From Methanothrix sp. (GTDB lineage: Archaea > Halobacteriota > Methanosarcinia > Methanotrichales > Methanotrichaceae): DNA of 64,000 nucleotides. The stretch lies in the NCBI GenBank assembly GCA_963682135.1, contig OY821645.1, positions 288,001-352,000 on the forward strand, written 5' to 3'. Each line of letters opens with the position of its first letter. The first letter of the stretch is position 1. The notes beneath the pieces were generated by a model. It saw nothing but the letters and a program-made list of their open reading frames with translations. It did not search any database and was not told where the DNA came from. The translations under genes and the position numbers were made by a program. Shown here piece after piece: positions 61,352 to 64,000 of the stretch.

Positions 61352-61882
61352 ATGACCCGAATAATCGCTCTATCAGATACTCATCTAGAAAGTGAGATGC
61401 TCCCTCCTGCTGTTGCTGCGCTTGCCGGCAGCGCCGACATCATCCTTCATTGCGGCGATTTTGTCTCTCTGAAGTGCCACGCTGCTCTCGCAGCCCTTGG
61501 TCGGCTGGAGGCAGTGCATGGAAACTCCGACTGTCCCGAGCTGAAGAAGGCACTGCCGGAGCGAAAGGTGATCGAGGTGGAGGGAGTGAAAATCGGCCTG
61601 GTGCACATGGCCTCGCACGGCTCAGATCTGGTAGGAGCGGAGATGATGGCCAGAGAGATGGATGTACAGGTTTTGGTCTTCGGCCATATTCATCGCCCTC
61701 TCATCGAGAAGGGCAAGTTGCTCCTTATCTGCCCGGGCAGCACCACACTTCCACGCATGTCTGCCCCCTCTGTGGCCGGGCTGGAGATTGAAGACGGCAA
61801 TGTGCGGGGCAATATCATTCCCGTGGGCAGCCCCGCCTGCAATTATCTCAAGTTCGCCGGGGAACTGGCGAAAAGGAGCTAG
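61352..61882 (+). CDS. YfcE/MJ0936-family phosphodiesterase
   Basis: LSDTH, HCGD, HGNSD, FGHIH and CPGS. Confidence 0.9.
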   Translation: MTRIIALSDTHLESEMLPPAVAALAGSADIILHCGDFVSLKCHAALAALGRLEAVHGNSDCPELKKALPERKVIEVEGVKIGLVHMASHGSDLVGAEMMAREMDVQVLVFGHIHRPLIEKGKLLLICPGSTTLPRMSAPSVAGLEIEDGNVRGNIIPVGSPACNYLKFAGELAKRS

Positions 61883-62107
61883 AAGCTTCTCTTGGGTATC
61901 AGGTTCGAGATTTTTAGGTGTGACAAATCAAACATGCTTCAGAATAAACCAGATACAATACAACTGCAAAAGTTAGAAATGACACTATTGATGCAATCAC
62001 CATATCATGCAAATTAGCCCCCAACATAATCATCAATTGAGGTATGTTATATTTATATCTACTGCATCAGTTTTATATACACACATGACCTTTCACGTTC
62101 GATAAAT

Positions 62108-62215
62108 ATGGTCGAAAATAAAGGAGAAACAAGAGTGGCAAGAAGAAGCCGCAATGACTTGATCGCCCAAGATGGATCTAAGCCAACTGTTGCAAGACGA
62201 TCCCGATGCAAGTAA
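62108..62215 (+). CDS. Small basic peptide (35 aa, MVENKGETRVARRSRNDLIAQDGSKPTVARRSRCK)
   Basis: TATA-like ttttatata about 30 bp upstream; the VARRSR motif occurs twice, encoded by different synonymous codons. Confidence 0.55.
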   Translation: MVENKGETRVARRSRNDLIAQDGSKPTVARRSRCK

Positions 62216-62291
62216 TATTCCGACATTATTTTTTCAGTTTTCAATCCAGTTCCTTTCTGCTCCACCCATAGCGTAAGCTTAAACCCTCTTG

Positions 62292-63344
62292 ATGAGCATC
62301 ACTCCCAGGATTGTCTTGACTGCAGATTCCTATGCCAAAGCCGTCATCGAAGCTGCCCTCTTCGCTTCAGGCAGAACCCTTGCACCACGAGAGCTGGCCG
62401 ATCTCTCCGGCCTTTCCGAGGAGCGGGCGCAGGCTCTTGCGGAGGACCTGGCAGCAGAGTACGCCGCTCGCGACTCGGGGCTAGAGATCAAGGGCATCGG
62501 CGAGGGCTATTCCATGCAGGTTCGCTTTGGTCTCGCCGGGCGTGTCCTCTCTTTTGCTCCCAAAGAGATCGAAGCTCCGCTCATCAGAACATTAGCCATC
62601 ATCGCTTACAAACAGCCCATTAAGCAGAGCGTTCTGGTGGAGATCCGGGGCAACAAGAGCTACGATCATGTGAAAGAGCTGGAGGAAAGAGGCCTCATCA
62701 AGTCTGAAAAGTTCAGCCGCACCAAGCTTCTCACCACCACGAGCGGCTTTGCCGATTACTTCGGCATCAGCTCTGCCGATCCTCAGGCCATCAGAAGGGC
62801 CCTTCTCCAGGACAAGAGGCTCGTAGGCGTCTCCCCCATGTACGAGAGCCTGGCCTTGCGCCTTGCCCTGGATTACATAGTAGTAAACCCCTATAAGCCA
62901 GAAGCAGATGACCTGGAGCGCCTCAAAGAGATTGAGCTGTTGGTGCTTGCCCCCGGCTATGCAGAAAGAGTCAGGCAGCACTACAGCGGCCAGATGCTGG
63001 AAGCGGGAGTGCGCACCCTCTCTATGCTCAAGGAGAGTGCAGAGAGAATCTGCCAGGAATCGGGGAGCGGGGACGTCGAGCCCCTGGCCGCGGAGGTGGA
63101 CTCGCTGCTCAAGAGATTCCGTCAGAGGGCAAAAACCGCCCGGGCAATCAAGCCGCTCACCTCCATGATCGAGGAGATGGCCCGCGACCTGCGACTGATG
63201 GTGCAGGAGGGCGGCCTGACGGTTGCGCCCGACTCTGCGGGAATAGAGGCGGATATCCTGGTGCCCGTCCACCAGCCCTACGAAATGGACATTCTGGAGA
63301 GAATTGTGCAACGCTACGAGAAGATCCTGGGCGGAAAGTCTTAA
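62292..63344 (+). CDS. scpB: SMC-Scp complex subunit ScpB with a C-terminal extension
   Basis: IEAALFASG, RTLAIIAYKQPI, IRGNKSYDHVKEL and TTSGFADYFG. Confidence 0.9.
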   Translation: MSITPRIVLTADSYAKAVIEAALFASGRTLAPRELADLSGLSEERAQALAEDLAAEYAARDSGLEIKGIGEGYSMQVRFGLAGRVLSFAPKEIEAPLIRTLAIIAYKQPIKQSVLVEIRGNKSYDHVKELEERGLIKSEKFSRTKLLTTTSGFADYFGISSADPQAIRRALLQDKRLVGVSPMYESLALRLALDYIVVNPYKPEADDLERLKEIELLVLAPGYAERVRQHYSGQMLEAGVRTLSMLKESAERICQESGSGDVEPLAAEVDSLLKRFRQRAKTARAIKPLTSMIEEMARDLRLMVQEGGLTVAPDSAGIEADILVPVHQPYEMDILERIVQRYEKILGGKS

Positions 63345-63354
63345 TTAATCCATA

Positions 63355-64000
63355 TCAAACCCATTCCTTTCTGCGGAAGTAGACCATCATTACCACTACG
63401 ACCAGCAACATCAGTATCAAAACGGCCGGGTAGCCGAAGGGAGACTCGAGCTCCGGCATGAACCTGAAGTTCATTCCATACAAGCCCGCCAGAAATGTGA
63501 GGGGAATGAATATGGTGGAGATGATGGTGAGTAGCTTGATCACTTCATTAAGTTTGTTGCTCAAACTGGAGAGATAGGTTTCCAGCAGCGAGGCTGACAT
63601 ATCGCGGAATGTCTCAATGTTCTCGATCACCTGGATGGTGTGGTCGTAAACATCTCTCAGGTAGATCTTGATCGCTTCTGAGACTAGGGGCGAATCACTC
63701 CTCTGCATCTTGCTGATGGCTTCTCGCAAAGGCCAGACCGATTTTCGCAAAAACAGCATATCTCTCTTCAGATTATAGATGGTGGGAAGAATGCCGGGCT
63801 GCGGGTCGGACACAACTGAGTCCTCCAGATCCTCGAATCGATCTCCCAGCTTCTCCATGATTAAGAAATAGTGGTCCACAATGGCGTCAATCATGGAATA
63901 GGCCAGATAGTCCGCACCTTGCTTTCTTATCTTGCCCTTGGCCGTACGCAGCCGATCTCGCAAGGGATTAAAAACATCAACCTCTTTTTCTTTAAAAGAT
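63355..64000 (-). CDS. corA: Mg/Co transporter CorA (C-terminal part; start lies outside the window)
   Basis: YLRDVYDH and TIFIPLTFLAGLYGMNF..MPEL. Confidence 0.95.
   Translation of the reverse strand, partial: SFKEKEVDVFNPLRDRLRTAKGKIRKQGADYLAYSMIDAIVDHYFLIMEKLGDRFEDLEDSVVSDPQPGILPTIYNLKRDMLFLRKSVWPLREAISKMQRSDSPLVSEAIKIYLRDVYDHTIQVIENIETFRDMSASLLETYLSSLSNKLNEVIKLLTIISTIFIPLTFLAGLYGMNFRFMPELESPFGYPAVLILMLLVVVVMMVYFRRKEWV

Noticed and set aside
62059-62265. 68-aa minus-strand ORF
   Set aside because: It has no protein-like features; the plus-strand 35-aa ORF has better promoter and codon evidence.

Overview
Chromosomal window from a methanogenic archaeon, most likely Methanothrix (Methanosaeta). 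The assignment is inferred from the archaeal EF-1beta, DGGGP synthase, geranylgeranyl reductase, Methanosarcinales-type GluRS, and the abundant TPR and DUF11 surface proteins. Housekeeping genes (lig, hom, gltX, tRNA-Ala, uvrA, scpB, corA, DHH nuclease) are interspersed with accessory DNA: a duplicated ACT gene bracketing a coiled-coil acylphosphatase, a decayed IS5-family element beside an AT-rich pair of surface-protein genes, an AAA_21-type ATPase/DUF4276-like pair, a GNAT toxin-antitoxin pair, and a clan CD protease preceded by a free copy of its own N-terminal domain. The most striking locus (18.9-37.3 kb) has three tandem phage tail-collar proteins, a GNAT, and a 5316-aa secreted protein with about 40 SdrD-B/CnaB-like repeats. 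These repeats carry a conserved Lys/Glu/Asn set resembling an intramolecular isopeptide-bond triad, and no other phage genes are nearby. Two small ORFs below the track cut-off and a clustered 8-bp motif upstream of a winged-helix gene were also found. All family calls come from motif recognition by eye; no searches were run.
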